A stretch of DNA of 64,000 bases from a virus (IMGVR_UViG_3300020050_009209); one strand, 5' to 3'. Counted from the stretch's first letter, positions 18,716 through 28,461 are shown. The notes: generated by a model not told the origin, from the sequence alone. Numbers and translations are program-made.

Positions 18716-19731
18716 GTGCTCCACGATTGTTTTCCGTTCTCAGGCGTAAGGCAGGTCTGATTGACCTGATTACTCCTATTCTACCCCCATCAAGTTTGGT
18801 TGAGCAGTATCGGATTAAGACCGACACGAACCCAGCAGGGGCCTTTGTGACTAGGGTTGTTACGGCCCCTAGGACGGGGATGGTAGACCCTGACGTAGCT
18901 GGAGGGCAGCATGTGATTCAACCGGGCGAGAACGTTCGGATGATCTTCAAGCCTTCCAACTTTGGGTTGTCGGACAATGCCGTCTGGGTAAAGTTGGTCT
19001 ACCTAGATAGTGCGGGGTTGGAGCTGTCTACCCCCGCCCCTAGTGCGCCAACCTTGATGCTCCCTCCTGTTGGGGGTCCTGAGATGTCTGGGTTTACGGT
19101 CTCTGTACCCAACCGAGCAAGCCTTGCTACAGCTCTTCGTCTTGATCTACCTAGGGCAATGGAGAATGTTAGGCTCCTGAACTTGGATACTGGAGTAGCT
19201 ATATGGGTGGCCTTCAATGAGGGCGGACCTGAGGTAAAGATCCCTTTCGGAAAAGAGCTTGTAGGTTTCCATGGCACGGTATCCTCGCTATTTGTCAGAG
19301 GGGCCGGGGCAGCCGATGTTGCCGCTGTCGGATCGTTGACTCTTGCTGCAAATGTGGTTGCAACGAACACGGTTACCATTGGCAGTAAGGTCTACACCTT
19401 TGTAAGTCCCATGGTGAACGTCGATGGGAACGTGCTCATTGGAGCCACGGCTTCTGATTCCATTGACAACCTGATTGCAGCGATAAATCTAACCCCAGCT
19501 GGAGCTGGAACTCTCTACGCTGCTGCCACCACATTGAATACCTCGGTTGTAGCCGCTGTAGCTCCTGGAGACGTAATGGGTGTTACTGCTTTGGTAGCAG
19601 GGGTAGCTGGTAACTCCATTGCAACTACATCTACAGGCGGTATTGCAACATGGGGAGCGGCTACACTTGCGAGTGGAGCTGGAACCCCTGTAGACCTATC
19701 GGTAACATTTACTTCGGCCTTCCCACGGTGA
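18712..19731 (+). CDS. Putative virion structural protein
   Basis: A/G/T/V-rich C-terminal domain (TVTIGSKVYTFV...ASDSIDNLIAAIN...GVAGNSIATT) typical of phage structural beta domains. Confidence 0.6.
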   Translation: MSAPRLFSVLRRKAGLIDLITPILPPSSLVEQYRIKTDTNPAGAFVTRVVTAPRTGMVDPDVAGGQHVIQPGENVRMIFKPSNFGLSDNAVWVKLVYLDSAGLELSTPAPSAPTLMLPPVGGPEMSGFTVSVPNRASLATALRLDLPRAMENVRLLNLDTGVAIWVAFNEGGPEVKIPFGKELVGFHGTVSSLFVRGAGAADVAAVGSLTLAANVVATNTVTIGSKVYTFVSPMVNVDGNVLIGATASDSIDNLIAAINLTPAGAGTLYAAATTLNTSVVAAVAPGDVMGVTALVAGVAGNSIATTSTGGIATWGAATLASGAGTPVDLSVTFTSAFPR

Positions 19732-19804
19732 GGGTAGGCGCCCTTCGTACGTTTTCTTTTTATGAAACGGGTTGTGTAACCCTTCCCCGTTTAGGAGTGA
19801 CCAA

Positions 19805-20434
19805 ATGTTGAGGCTTACCCACACTCAAGTTGCACAAGGTGCCCACTATATTCCGGACATTGATGACGGCCTACCCCGTAAGACTGCGGGTCGTGGGATT
19901 GGGGCTCCAAAGAGGTTTGACCGTGATGGTAACTCCCCAGGTGGTGCTGATCGTAGCGTCAAGCCAGGGGCTAACTTCGACAAGCAGAAGTGCTATGTGC
20001 CTAGAGTCAAGGCTGGGGAAGTGACGATTGCTGGGTACATCGATATTGCTGAAAGCGATGCGGTACTGCTCTCTCAGGCAAGGGGTACAATCAACGGACT
20101 CCGTGTGGCTAACCACATCACCGTGACATCCTTCCTAGCGACAGACCTTGCGGCTCCTGTTCTCACTCTCGCAGATAAGGATACCCCAGGAGCTGGAGAC
20201 CTTCGTATTACGGGCACAGGTCTAACCTCCCTAGCTCCGGACATCACGACGGTCATCCTCACGGGTACCGCAGCCATCACCTTGACCCAGTCGCAGATCA
20301 CTACCGGAGGTGGTTCGATCAGTGCCACTCAAATCAACATTCCGGCAGCTCTGATTCCTGGTGTTGCTCTGACCACAACCTCGGCTCAGATTCGTGCAGA
20401 TGGTCAGTTGTCGGCTGTCGTAGCTCTAACCTAA
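19805..20434 (+). CDS. Putative virion protein with Ig/IPT-like C-terminal domain (paralog of 20827)
   Basis: RBS AGGAG; C-terminal ADKDTPGAGDLRI.GTGL...LSA.VALT shared with 20827. Confidence 0.6.
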   Translation: MLRLTHTQVAQGAHYIPDIDDGLPRKTAGRGIGAPKRFDRDGNSPGGADRSVKPGANFDKQKCYVPRVKAGEVTIAGYIDIAESDAVLLSQARGTINGLRVANHITVTSFLATDLAAPVLTLADKDTPGAGDLRITGTGLTSLAPDITTVILTGTAAITLTQSQITTGGGSISATQINIPAALIPGVALTTTSAQIRADGQLSAVVALT

Positions 20435-20439
20435 AAACT

Positions 20440-20802
20440 ATGAAAGCCCCCGCACTTCTCAGTCTAATCGACCAAGAAGCTGGGGCTTTCCAGCGGATCG
20501 ACAACAAGTGGAGACCTCAGAACCTCTTGTTTGAATTACAGATGAAGACGTTGATGGACGATATGACTCGAAGGTTCAACTTGGTAGTTCAAGCTGAAAG
20601 TGAGTTCCAAGGTTTGATTAGGGCTGCATTCTTTGTCAAGTCCATTCGGCAGTTGAACCTCATCCTCAAAAGAGCTAACTTCGTTCGTCGAATTAACGAC
20701 CTAGCCTTTATCCAAGCTGTGTCAGATTTCTACTCAGTGTATGGGGAAATGCTTAGGTATCTCAAGATTGATCAGGCAAGAGGCCAATTACAGCCCATAT
20801 AG
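20440..20802 (+). CDS. Hypothetical protein
   Basis: 120-aa ORF filling the gap between the two paralogs; 5' end overlaps a hairpin. Confidence 0.5.
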   Translation: MKAPALLSLIDQEAGAFQRIDNKWRPQNLLFELQMKTLMDDMTRRFNLVVQAESEFQGLIRAAFFVKSIRQLNLILKRANFVRRINDLAFIQAVSDFYSVYGEMLRYLKIDQARGQLQPI

Positions 20803-20826
20803 GGTCAAAGATTAGAGGAGTTCCAA

Positions 20827-21576
20827 ATGCGTGTTGCTGTTATCCGAGGGGATCTTTCAAAGGGTCTATACATTGCGGACGTAGACACTAGAGGTCAGTT
20901 CGCAGGTAAGAGTAATGCTCGCTCTGTTGGGCGCCCAAGTGTAGCGGACATTACGGCGTACCTAGCTGCTCAAGGACTGGCTGCAAGTGCTGCCACTTTG
21001 ATTACGGCTACGGTTCCCGTGGGAGGTCCAGTTAACGTATCTTCTGCTACGATTACTGGCGTAGCTGGGCTTGGAGGAGCTTCTGCTGCTCAAGTCCTAG
21101 CTCTACAGGATTTGCTAGCGCCTTACTTCGTTGAGACAGATGCCGTAAAGAAGAGCTTCCTGTACGGAAACCTTGCGGGCTTTAGGTCGGCTTCGTTTAA
21201 TCCTGACCCTCGACGCGAGCCAGCTCTCTCTTCGAGTGCTGCGATTTCTTGTGTGCAGGACGACGGGTCTACTGCATTTAACCCACTCCCTCCGGTAGTT
21301 ACAACTGCGGACAAGGACACTCCAGGAGCTGGAGACCTTCGTATTTCAGGTACGGGTCTTCTTCCTTACGGTCTCTACTCGTACACCGTAATTCTAGAGG
21401 GCGTGCTCACAAAGAAGTTGACTCAGGCGCAAATCCTTGCTGGGGGCGGCTCTATCAATGCAGGTGGGACTCAAATCGACATCCCAGCAGCGTTGGTCCC
21501 AGGGGCAACTCTGACGACCACTACGGCTAGGGTCCAAGTGAACGACATGCTGTCCGCAGCTGTCGCCCTTACCTGA
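20827..21576 (+). CDS. Putative virion protein with Ig/IPT-like C-terminal domain (paralog of 19805)
   Basis: RBS GAGGAG; C-terminal ~80 aa similar to 19805. Confidence 0.6.
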   Translation: MRVAVIRGDLSKGLYIADVDTRGQFAGKSNARSVGRPSVADITAYLAAQGLAASAATLITATVPVGGPVNVSSATITGVAGLGGASAAQVLALQDLLAPYFVETDAVKKSFLYGNLAGFRSASFNPDPRREPALSSSAAISCVQDDGSTAFNPLPPVVTTADKDTPGAGDLRISGTGLLPYGLYSYTVILEGVLTKKLTQAQILAGGGSINAGGTQIDIPAALVPGATLTTTTARVQVNDMLSAAVALT

Positions 21577-21582
21577 GAGAGA

Positions 21583-21864
21583 ATGGACCCTCTAATTTGG
21601 AAAACTGCGGATGCTCAGAAAGTGGTCGCTGACCAGTGGCGAGACGCGTTACGTAAGTTACAGGTTAGACTACTAGCTGCGGAGGCTGAAGCAAAGTCCC
21701 TTTCAGATATGATGCGAGGCTCTTTGGACATGGGGGACGTTCTCTCGAAGAGGGTGTTACCCCCAAATGCCGTAAAGCAGGTATCTGATATCTGGAAGCA
21801 GACTTCGGACTTGAGTAATCAGGTCCAAGAAATTTCAAAAAAGCTAATAGCTGTACGGGGTTAG
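21583..21864 (+). CDS. Hypothetical helical protein
   Basis: 93-aa ORF tightly packed in the operon. Confidence 0.55.
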   Translation: MDPLIWKTADAQKVVADQWRDALRKLQVRLLAAEAEAKSLSDMMRGSLDMGDVLSKRVLPPNAVKQVSDIWKQTSDLSNQVQEISKKLIAVRG

Positions 21865-21921
21865 GGTCATTCCCCTAACCCCTTCTAGATGTAGAAACCG
21901 ATGGATAGAGAGGTGGAGCAA

Positions 21922-22173
21922 ATGTCAAATACATTGAAAGAACGAGCGCCGTTTAGGACCCCAGACCTGTACTTTGCAGCTTACTTGCAGACAGCAGGCG
22001 TTACGATGCTGAAGTCTGAACGGGAGAACTCTCGGGTGTTCTTTGTGTTCAGTACCGAGGTTGCAGACATTGAAGAGCTGAAAACAGGTTGGTTCAACAG
22101 CACTGCAAAGATTCCAGCAATGACGTTTGCGAACAATATCAAGTCGTTGAAGTCTGTATGTCACATGACCTAG
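21922..22173 (+). CDS. DUF5659-like small phage protein
   Basis: FRTPDLYFAAYL...RVFFVF pattern; RBS GGAG. Confidence 0.6.
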   Translation: MSNTLKERAPFRTPDLYFAAYLQTAGVTMLKSERENSRVFFVFSTEVADIEELKTGWFNSTAKIPAMTFANNIKSLKSVCHMT

Positions 22174-22190
22174 ACTACCCCGTTCCCACC

Positions 22191-22202
22191 TAATCTACTG
22201 AT
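22191..22202 (+). promoter_or_regulatory. Putative phage late promoter (TAATCTACTGAT)
   Basis: Intergenic copy of the recurring motif. Confidence 0.5.
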
Positions 22203-22246
22203 AACCTAGTATGTGTGGTGGGAGTGACCCTTAGGAGAGCACGAAC

Positions 22247-22843
22247 ATGGCTGATCATGCGGTTGACGCAACTTTAGCGGGAGATTCCACTCAGGTGGCG
22301 GATGCGGTCATGCTATATGCTGGAGGGGCAGTAGCTGTAACTGGAGCGGCTGACTTTGTAGCTGTAAACCTGCTTGGTGAGCTAGGTGCGGTGGCAATCA
22401 GTGGGGATGCCTCCGTGGCATCTGACTTCGTCCTTTCTCTTGCAATTGATTCCTCCTTCGGGGGTGGGGCAGACGTCACGGCTCCAAATCTACTTGCATG
22501 TATGGATGCCACCCTCACGGGTGGGGCCGACCTGACTGCATCCTTCACAATTCTTTTGAGTGCTGCTCTACTCGCAGACGGCTCAGGTTTGACTGTTGGA
22601 GACCTACTCGCTATCTATGGAGTTAGTGCGGCATTGGAAGGCGTTGCAGACTTCCCTCAGGTCGAGCTAACTCTGATGGCACACCCTGGGACAGTGGCTA
22701 CTAAGCCCATTGCAAACTCGGGAGCCACTCTTCAACAATTCATTGATGCGACTGGCTCTAGTAAGGCTTCTCAGAAAACTCAGCCCGTTAGCCACCCTGT
22801 GGTCGACCCAAACCCACCCAAGAAACCTTTTGCACCACGTTAA
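22247..22843 (+). CDS. Putative fibre/decoration protein with DATLxGxA repeats
   Basis: Repeats shared with 11958 and 23394; RBS AGGAG. Confidence 0.55.
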   Translation: MADHAVDATLAGDSTQVADAVMLYAGGAVAVTGAADFVAVNLLGELGAVAISGDASVASDFVLSLAIDSSFGGGADVTAPNLLACMDATLTGGADLTASFTILLSAALLADGSGLTVGDLLAIYGVSAALEGVADFPQVELTLMAHPGTVATKPIANSGATLQQFIDATGSSKASQKTQPVSHPVVDPNPPKKPFAPR

Positions 22844-22856
22844 GTAGGAGAAAACA

Positions 22857-23255
22857 ATGACTGCTAAGACTGACTATTTGGAGCTTCGTGTTCTTGACCG
22901 TGTTCTAAAGAACAACGCTCAATTCGTGTACTCTTTCCCAGCAACTGTGTATGCTTCGCTACACACTGCTGACCCAACGGATACTGGCTCCCTAGCGGCG
23001 GAAGCTTCTGGTGGCTCGTATGCTCGCATTGCAATCAGCTGGGGTACCATCGCTTCGGGTTCGGTCGCGAACTCGTCTGCGATTACCTTCCCAGTTGCAA
23101 CGGGAGCCTGGGGTACGATCACCCACGTTGGTATCTGCGATGCGTTGACCACGGGTAACATGCTCTACAAGGGAGCCCTTGGTACCTCTAAGGTCGTTGG
23201 TAACGGCGACCAGGTCAGTTTCGCTATCGGAGCGCTAACTGTCTCTGAGGGGTGA
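22857..23255 (+). CDS. Small phage structural (tail/fibre-type) protein
   Basis: TDYLE...VYASLHTADPTD...SYARIAISW...NSSAITFPVATGAWGTITHVGICDA.T.GNML pattern of a widespread phage structural family; own strong terminator. Confidence 0.75.
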   Translation: MTAKTDYLELRVLDRVLKNNAQFVYSFPATVYASLHTADPTDTGSLAAEASGGSYARIAISWGTIASGSVANSSAITFPVATGAWGTITHVGICDALTTGNMLYKGALGTSKVVGNGDQVSFAIGALTVSEG

Positions 23256-23271
23256 TTCTACCCTTTGGTTA

Positions 23272-23327
23272 GCACCAAAAGCAGGAAACCATTCTGGGAA
23301 ACCGGGATGGTTTTTTGCTTTTGGTGC
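23272..23327 (+). terminator. Long GAAA-loop hairpin terminator
   Basis: GCACCAAAAGCAGGAAACCATTCTGG-GAAA-CCGGGATGGTTTTTTGCTTTTGGTGC. Confidence 0.85.
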
Positions 23328-23393
23328 CACCCATTAAACGTCTTATTCTTTCTGATAGATGTCGGGTTGTTCGGGCTACTTCGGAGGTAACTA

Positions 23394-24479
23394 GTGGTTG
23401 ATATTGCTGTCGATGCGAGCCTTCTTGGGGATGCTTCGGTAACCTCTGATGTAGTTGCCATTTACGCCCTAGCCTCCTCCCCTACAGGAGATGCTACTCT
23501 TGGGGTAGTAGATCCTACTACTCAATGGGCCCTTGGGTCATCTCTTGCAGGGGATGCTACTCTTGGAGTAGTAGACCCTACCGTGCAGTGGGCGCTTAAT
23601 GCCTCCTTAGATGGAAGTGCTGACGTTCTGATCATTCAGAACTTCCATGCCGTGGATGCTACGCTTAGCGGAGATGCCGCACTAGCAGCTAGTCTTACTG
23701 CGCAATGGGCGTTGGGTACCTTGTCTCTCGATGCCGGAGCCACCCTTGGCGTAGTAGACCCTACGATTCAATGGGCGGTCGCAGCGACCCTTCTTGCAGA
23801 TGGTACACTAGGGGTTGTAGACCCTACCCTACAAGGCGCCTTGGCCGCTACTCTATCGGGAGACGCCACCGTAACCTCTGATCTTGCCGGACAGTATCCG
23901 CTTGTCGTAACGTTCGCTGGGTCTGGGGACTTTGTTGCGACAATCCTACAGAACCCACTATTCGCAAGCCTAGATGCGTCTGCGGACCTGACAGCAGTAC
24001 CTACCATGGTACTCTCCCCTTCGGCAATCCTGATTGGAGATGCATCGGTCACCTCCGCCCTGAACGTTTTCGTGGGTCCGGTTACAGCTCTGCGCTACGG
24101 GGTCCCAAGTAGGCGAGCTGAGGCGTCCAAGGTAGTCTTCGATCAACTAGACTTGTTCCTTGCAGACGGTAAGACTAGGGCCCAAGATGTTCCTGTCTCA
24201 GCTCTCTACCTCAGAGTCTACGTCAATGGTACACAGGCTGACTGGCCCTTGGTGTCAGGGGCTGGAGTCACGGATGTGCAGATCGCTGCGGGTAAGGTCT
24301 ACTGGACGGAGTTCTCTACCGGGTTCTACAGTGTTCGATTCTTCCCCAACCAGATCGGTATCTGGCGGGTAATCCTGACCTACCCAATCTACGACCAAGC
24401 TGTATCGCTAAGCTATGATGTGGTACCTCAAGTTGGGTTCCCAGGCGGTCTAGGTCTAAGGTCTTCTTTCATAGGTTGA
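23394..24479 (+). CDS. Putative fibre/decoration protein with ~21-aa repeats and a C-terminal beta domain
   Basis: GDATLGVVDPTxQWAL repeats; RBS GGAGGT. Confidence 0.6.
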   Translation: MVDIAVDASLLGDASVTSDVVAIYALASSPTGDATLGVVDPTTQWALGSSLAGDATLGVVDPTVQWALNASLDGSADVLIIQNFHAVDATLSGDAALAASLTAQWALGTLSLDAGATLGVVDPTIQWAVAATLLADGTLGVVDPTLQGALAATLSGDATVTSDLAGQYPLVVTFAGSGDFVATILQNPLFASLDASADLTAVPTMVLSPSAILIGDASVTSALNVFVGPVTALRYGVPSRRAEASKVVFDQLDLFLADGKTRAQDVPVSALYLRVYVNGTQADWPLVSGAGVTDVQIAAGKVYWTEFSTGFYSVRFFPNQIGIWRVILTYPIYDQAVSLSYDVVPQVGFPGGLGLRSSFIG

Positions 24480-24485
24480 GGGGAA

Positions 24486-24677
24486 ATGTCACATCAACTA
24501 CTACAGGTCATTGATTGCGAGCAAACAAGGGAAATTCGGTATGTGGATAACACCTTGATACCTAGCAGTCATATCAGCAACTTCTTAAAGGTGATCAGCC
24601 CATCCGGTAAGGAGTACACTCTTCAGTGCTCAGAGGACCTCCTTGAGGAGTTGTTCCCAAGCCCAGTAGAGACTTGA
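24486..24677 (+). CDS. Hypothetical protein
   Basis: 63-aa ORF with RBS GAGGG. Confidence 0.45.
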   Translation: MSHQLLQVIDCEQTREIRYVDNTLIPSSHISNFLKVISPSGKEYTLQCSEDLLEELFPSPVET

Positions 24678-24710
24678 TGCTCACCCTAGCCAACAAGGAA
24701 TGGTAACTCT

Positions 24711-25190
24711 ATGGCCTTCCCAGGAGTGTTCAAACGAGGCTATGTCTTCCAAAGAGGGGATCTGCCTCTCTTCATTACGGACTCTAGTGGGAATGCGACC
24801 AACCCTTACAAGGTGACGTTCACTCTATACTACCGTGCAGGTAATAGTCCGTGTGAGCTTCAGGTTGGACCTATAGATCGAACCCCCGTTCAAGCGAAGA
24901 TTGGGGAGTACTATGTCTCTGGGGTTGCTGGGGAGTGCGGTCAGCCAGGCCAGTGGTATGTAGAGTGGAAGTACCAGGAGTCCTTTGGGTCTCAGTGGGT
25001 GACCGACAAGATGGGGTTCAGTGTGTTTGAGACGACCCAATTCGCACCAGTGACCTACACAAGTTACCCTTGCGGCTGTGGAAACTCTTCGGGATGTGGG
25101 TGCACGATTGCCAACCCCCGTGGAGGGTGTCAGTGGGGCTGTCGGAACTCTTGTCTCCAAGTATCCTCTTGCGGAAAGTACGGGTGGTGA
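24711..25190 (+). CDS. Putative neck-region protein with Cys-rich C-terminus
   Basis: N-terminal part resembles that of 25194 (RGDLPLFITD vs REDLNLFLTN; RTP...GEYY in both). Confidence 0.55.
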   Translation: MAFPGVFKRGYVFQRGDLPLFITDSSGNATNPYKVTFTLYYRAGNSPCELQVGPIDRTPVQAKIGEYYVSGVAGECGQPGQWYVEWKYQESFGSQWVTDKMGFSVFETTQFAPVTYTSYPCGCGNSSGCGCTIANPRGGCQWGCRNSCLQVSSCGKYGW

Positions 25191-25193
25191 GTC

Positions 25194-26084
25194 ATGGGTG
25201 TAGGTCTTCTTAGAGGTCAGCAGCTGGGTAGGGAGGACCTGAATCTCTTCCTAACAAACGCTTCCGGGCACCCCGTCAATGCGGCAGAGATAAGCTATGC
25301 TATTTATGACTTCACGACTGGGCTAGAGGTATTGGTTGGTAGTAACCAGCGAACCCCTCTAAACCCAACCGTAGGGGAGTACTACGCGAGTATCATTATC
25401 CCCTTGGATGCCAATCTAGGGGAGTACCGTATACGTTGGGCAATCCGAGAGCTAATTGGTGGGCCACTCCAGACCGTAGTTCAAGAGTTTAGCGTTCAAG
25501 ACCGAGATATGGTCATGCCAACGTGCTTCACTCCTACTCAAACAGACCTGATTCGCAGATTGCGAATGGTACTTAGAGATCAGAACCCTGATAAATTCTA
25601 CCGCTTCCGGCCCCCAGCTCACGAGGAAACGGTCAACCAATTCAGTCGGGTGTTTGGTTACATCTGGGAGGATGCAGAGCTGCTAGAGTACCTTGAGAGG
25701 TCTCTAGACATGATCATTGCGTCCCCTCCTAGGACCCCATTCAATGGTATTGATCAGATGACTCAAATACGACCCGAGTGGAGGACGCTCCTCATCACGG
25801 GTGGGATGTTCTGGGCCCTTCAAGCACTGCAAATTAACTGGACGGCAGATGAATTTAATTACAGTATCGGCGGAATTTCCCTCGACTTAGACAAGTCAAG
25901 TAAGTATGACACTCTGAAACAAGGGGCAAGCGACCAGTTCGATAAGCAGCTTGAGAAGGCGAAAGCAACCGTCAAGTTCATCAAGGGGCTACAGCAGCCT
26001 AAGTATGGGATGGGCGTGCGAAGCGCCTTCGGTCCTTTTCAAAGTAGGGGCGCAGTATCTCCGCGAAAATTCATGGGAATTTAG
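25194..26084 (+). CDS. Putative head-tail connector (neck/adaptor) protein
   Basis: LIRRLRMVLRD...W.DAELLEYL...FNYSIGGISLDLDKSSKY adaptor-like pattern; synteny. Confidence 0.6.
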   Translation: MGVGLLRGQQLGREDLNLFLTNASGHPVNAAEISYAIYDFTTGLEVLVGSNQRTPLNPTVGEYYASIIIPLDANLGEYRIRWAIRELIGGPLQTVVQEFSVQDRDMVMPTCFTPTQTDLIRRLRMVLRDQNPDKFYRFRPPAHEETVNQFSRVFGYIWEDAELLEYLERSLDMIIASPPRTPFNGIDQMTQIRPEWRTLLITGGMFWALQALQINWTADEFNYSIGGISLDLDKSSKYDTLKQGASDQFDKQLEKAKATVKFIKGLQQPKYGMGVRSAFGPFQSRGAVSPRKFMGI

Positions 26085-26102
26085 TTTTTCACCATATCGA
26101 GG

Positions 26103-26131
26103 TTGACTCATTCGTTGTTTTGATCCATACT
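26103..26131 (+). promoter_or_regulatory. Sigma70-type promoter, predicted leaderless transcript
   Basis: TTGACT-N17-CATACT; ATG 26139 lies 8 nt downstream with no SD. Confidence 0.65.
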
Positions 26132-26138
26132 TAGGCTT

Positions 26139-27527
26139 ATGCCAAACAAGGGTCGTTGCGTTTGTCCTGCGTGTGGGAAGAACCTAGCTCCAAAGAGTAT
26201 TCACGCTCATACTCTTGAGTGCGTGGATTGGAAGACGAAGTACGGTGATCCTTACCCCTACTTCAAGTTCAGTGGGACCCCCCACCAATACTCTGACGTA
26301 GCTCAGGATGGCACCGACTATGTTCGATGTCGGGTGTGCCTTGAGTATGGGTGGGACTTTCGGTTCAAGCGCATGATGGACCACTTAAAAGGGGTACACG
26401 GGCTTAGTGAGGCTCAGTATCTACTAAGGTTCCCTGGGGCACTAGTGAGGTTGTCGTCTACTCTAAGTAAGAGGCAGGGGACGGTACAGGATAGGTTTGG
26501 GGTTAGTAACGTTTTTCAAGCTGAAGTAGTCAAGGCTAAGTCCAAAGCCTCCTTGCTTGAACATCACGGGGTAGCCAATCCAATTCAAGCCAGTTCGATA
26601 CGAGCAAAGATCGATGCTACAAATCTTGCTCGTTACGGGGTGGCTAACCCTTTTGCCTCCTTGGAGGTGCAACAACGTATTCGAGCCACCAACCTCGAAC
26701 GATTTGGCGTCGAGAACCCTAATCAAGCTCCTGAGATCATACAACAACGTATAGCTACCAACCAGGAGCGATATGGTGCAGATCACTACTTTGAGACTAC
26801 CGAGTTCAAAGAAAAGTTCAAGGCAACTTCTTTGGGGAGGTATGGCACTGAGCATCCTATGCAGTCTCCAGAGGGTAGGTTACCATGTGAAACTAGTATG
26901 ATTTCTAGTCTTGGTGTTGCATACCCATTTAGATCTGATGTTGTACAAGGTAAGGCCTACGCCACATCCGTTGCGAACCATGGGGGGCAGCACCACCTTT
27001 CTGATCCAGCAATCATTGAGGCACGGAAGCAGCACTTGATGGAGCTTTACGGGGTAGATAACATCTCGAAGGTACCAGCGGTTAAAGAGCGAATCATAGC
27101 TAAGATCAAGGAGCGTTTTCGAGACGGAGCTATCCCTCGTATTACGACTCCAGAAAGGGTATTTAGAGACCTTGTACCCGAGCGTGTGGTATACTCTGGA
27201 GACTTTGCGTACTGGGTAACGTGGACAAATGGGAGACGTAAGAACCCAGACTTCGTGGTACTAACCGAGGAGCAGTATGCAGCGTATAGAGCTGGAGTCC
27301 CCTTGGGGGATTTGCGTACCTACCTTGTGGTCGAGGTCAACGGGGTTTGGTGGCATACTAAGCACAAGAACATGACGCGCGAGGCTAGGGAGAAAGAGTT
27401 CGTAGAGGGTTATGCCTCAGTTGGTGTGAGTTGCTTGGTTGTTTGGGAAGACGATCTAGAGACCAAGCTAGAATCAATTCAGCAGCAGGTCAGTGCCTTT
27501 CTGGTGCAACCGAAGGTTAGAGGTTAA
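26139..27527 (+). mobile_element. Putative homing endonuclease: Zn fingers, ~23-aa xRYGVxNP repeats, Vsr/DUF559-like PD-(D/E)XK domain
   Basis: CPAC and CRVC..H..H; nine repeats; NPDFVV...VVEVNGVWWH...CLVVWEDD. Confidence 0.8.
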
Positions 27528-27528
27528 T

Positions 27529-27795
27529 ATGCCCCCCAAATCCAGATCAAACAACGTTGACATCACACCAGCGGAAGCCTTTGAGAAGCAGGTTTCTGGG
27601 ATCGCTAACACTCTTGCAGAGATTGACTGCGGCGCGATTCACGGCGGCAACTGGCGCTTGCCGTGCCAAATCTGCATCGGTCGAGAGCGGGACCTTGGGA
27701 AGCAACTCCTGAGCGCAATCCAGGATGAGTCGGTTCGGAGGATGGTGCAGCGAGGACACGATGCCCGCGATGGGAACAAAAAGCGGGGCCCATGA
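27529..27795 (+). CDS. Hypothetical protein
   Basis: GAGGT before ATG 27529; C/H/CxxC cluster. Confidence 0.5.
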   Translation: MPPKSRSNNVDITPAEAFEKQVSGIANTLAEIDCGAIHGGNWRLPCQICIGRERDLGKQLLSAIQDESVRRMVQRGHDARDGNKKRGP

Positions 27796-27819
27796 CGGTG
27801 TTTGGTGTATATCCTGCCA

Positions 27820-28461
27820 ATGCGAGTCACTTGGATCACGTACGGGCAACTCAACGAGATGCAACGCGAGGAAGTCTCTTTCCATGTGAAGGGCAAGCAT
27901 GTCCATGACCTTGGAGCTGGAAACGGCAACCTCTCTCTAGAGCTTTTGAAGCTCGGGGCAGCTAAGGTTACGGCAATTGACAAGCACCCAACCCTTGTGA
28001 CTACAGACCCTCGGCTGGAGGTCCTGGAAGGATCTTTCCAAGACTTTCAAGACTTGGCACCTGAGGTAGCGTTTGTCTCTTGGCCCTCAAACCATCCAAA
28101 TCCCTATCTTCGGCAAATTTGCCGTAGGGCTAAGGTTGTGATATACTTGGGGAAGAACACGGATGGTTCCGCATGTGGACAACCGGAGTTCTTTGACGAC
28201 CAACTCTATCGAGAGCTTCTTGCTTACCACAGCGATCGATTCAATACACTTGTAGTCGTGGGTGGGGTGCAAGATCTCAAACGCCCTCCGATGGGGGAGG
28301 AGCTAGCTGGGCTCAACCTTTACTCAGGTCCAGTAATGTACTACGACCAAGTAGAGAGGGGAAGAGAAGTGCCTGTAACTCATCGGAGCAATTACGATTT
28401 TCTTCCTACGCTCCACGTAGATCAAGTCAAGTGGGAGGACGAGTGTGAGGGGGGACAATGA
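27820..28461 (+). CDS. Class I SAM-dependent methyltransferase
   Basis: VHDLGAGNG...VTAIDK; preceded by GGTGTA-N10-ATG. Confidence 0.75.
   Translation: MRVTWITYGQLNEMQREEVSFHVKGKHVHDLGAGNGNLSLELLKLGAAKVTAIDKHPTLVTTDPRLEVLEGSFQDFQDLAPEVAFVSWPSNHPNPYLRQICRRAKVVIYLGKNTDGSACGQPEFFDDQLYRELLAYHSDRFNTLVVVGGVQDLKRPPMGEELAGLNLYSGPVMYYDQVERGREVPVTHRSNYDFLPTLHVDQVKWEDECEGGQ

Noticed and set aside
20442-20490. Hairpin GAAAGCCCC...GGGGCTTTC at the start of ORF 20440 as a terminator
   Set aside because: Imperfect, lies inside a coding region and has only a short T run; function cannot be supported
19805-24479. Diversity-generating retroelement acting on the duplicated segments
   Set aside because: No reverse transcriptase in the window, and differences between copies are not adenine-specific
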